In this document: piece after piece, positions 63,275 to 64,000 of the stretch | Layout of the letters: each line of letters opens with the position of its first letter | Numbering within the stretch: position 1 is the stretch's first letter | Assembly (NCBI GenBank): GCA_031375485.1 | Contig: JANMHX010000328.1 | Coordinates: forward strand, 64,008 to 128,007 | DNA length: 64,000 nucleotides | Reading direction: 5' to 3' | Source: Gemmatimonadota bacterium | GTDB taxonomy: Bacteria > Gemmatimonadota > Gemmatimonadetes > Gemmatimonadales > GWC2-71-9 | Notes under the pieces: model-generated | Database searches by the model: none | Told to the model about the DNA's origin: nothing | The model's input: the letters and a program-made list of their open reading frames with translations, nothing else | Translations under genes and position numbers: made by a program

Positions 63275-63955
63275 ATGCTGAAAAGTCTGATCGAGCGGCA
63301 CCCGTGGATCTCCTACGTGGTGCCGTTCGCGACGTTTATGGCCATGCTGGTCATCGGCCCCGCGCTGCCGGTGCCGCCTCGGGTCGAAGCGGTTATTCGA
63401 GTGGCCGTGCTGATGGCGGTCATCGTCTTGGTGGCCCGGCCGGTCCTGACCTTCCGGTTGACCCAGCCGCTCGGAACCATCGGGGTTGGGGTGCTGGTGT
63501 TCGTGCTCTGGATCCTCCCCGATCTCCTGATTCCCGGCTACCGCGACTCGGTTCTGTTCCAGAACAGCCTTACTGGTCAGGTCGAAAGCTCGATTCCGGT
63601 CGAGGCCCGGACGGATTGGCTGGTCTTGATGCTGCGCTTCGTTCGGGCCGCGATGATCGTGCCGGTGGTCGAGGAGCTCTTTTGGCGAGGGTGGTTACCC
63701 CGCTGGCTCGACCGGTCCGACGCGTTCTGGACCGTGCCGCTCGGCGAATTCAGCCGGTATGCGTTCTGGGCCACGGCCATTCTGTTTGCCTTGGAGCATG
63801 GTCCGTATTGGGATGTTGGACTGGTGGCGGGTCTGATCTACAACTGGTGGATGCAGCGGACCAAGAGCTTAGGCGATCTGATCTGGTGCCACGCGGTGAC
63901 GAATGCGTGTTTGTCGGTGTGGGTGGTGGGGATGGGGGAGTGGCGGTATTGGTAA
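63275..63955 (+). CDS. CPBP-family intramembrane glutamic endopeptidase (CAAX protease-like)
   Basis: A polytopic protein with motif 1 VVEELFWRGW (EExxxR), motif 2 FALEHG (FxxxH) and motif 3 HAVTN (HxxxN). Confidence 0.8.
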   Translation: MLKSLIERHPWISYVVPFATFMAMLVIGPALPVPPRVEAVIRVAVLMAVIVLVARPVLTFRLTQPLGTIGVGVLVFVLWILPDLLIPGYRDSVLFQNSLTGQVESSIPVEARTDWLVLMLRFVRAAMIVPVVEELFWRGWLPRWLDRSDAFWTVPLGEFSRYAFWATAILFALEHGPYWDVGLVAGLIYNWWMQRTKSLGDLIWCHAVTNACLSVWVVGMGEWRYW

Positions 63956-63958
63956 GGG

Positions 63959-64000
63959 GCTCGGTGCTCGGCACTCGGCGCTCGGCACTCGGCACTCGGC
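63959..64000. repeat. tandem heptanucleotide repeat RCTCGGY, at least 6 copies, running off the window end
   Basis: The copies read GCTCGGT GCTCGGC ACTCGGC GCTCGGC ACTCGGC ACTCGGC. The array starts 4 nt after the CPBP gene stop. Confidence 0.8.

Noticed and set aside
63959-64000. The repeat tract might be a CRISPR array.
   Set aside because: The unit length is 7 nt with no spacers. This is a simple tandem repeat, not a repeat-spacer array.

Overview
The window is a high-G+C (by eye roughly two-thirds G+C), gene-dense chromosomal segment. Its gene content points to a diderm Gemmatimonadota/Acidobacteriota-like bacterium: four TonB-dependent receptors with N-terminal carboxypeptidase-regulatory-like domains, an ADOP-type duplicated orphan permease, and many Sec/Tat/lipoprotein signals. 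I support about 50 protein-coding genes. I see no rRNA, tRNA, CRISPR array, transposase or integrase. The content is dominated by exported peptidases and hydrolases: M1, M20, M28, S15 CocE/NonD, S12-like, gamma-glutamyltransferase and two amidohydrolases. It also holds an OPT peptide transporter, a MacA/FtsX/TolC efflux operon, a VapBC toxin-antitoxin pair and two ECF sigma/anti-sigma pairs. The most interesting locus is 27.4-35.3 kb. There an ECF sigma gene precedes three overlap-coupled genes: a zinc-finger anti-sigma, an exported TPR-CHAT (caspase-like) lipoprotein with an intact His/Cys dyad, and an IPT/HAF-like repeat lipoprotein. A paralogous HAF-like lipoprotein and a further lipoprotein are transcribed divergently from this operon. 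Both divergent genes carry an identical bipartite upstream motif, CGCAATCG-N11-ATCCGTAT, with ECF-promoter-like AAT-N16-CGT geometry. I read this as a candidate protease-gated ECF signalling module. All family calls rest on motif recognition in the supplied translations. No database search was run, and start codons are best guesses from signal peptides, Shine-Dalgarno (SD) motifs and gene overlaps.
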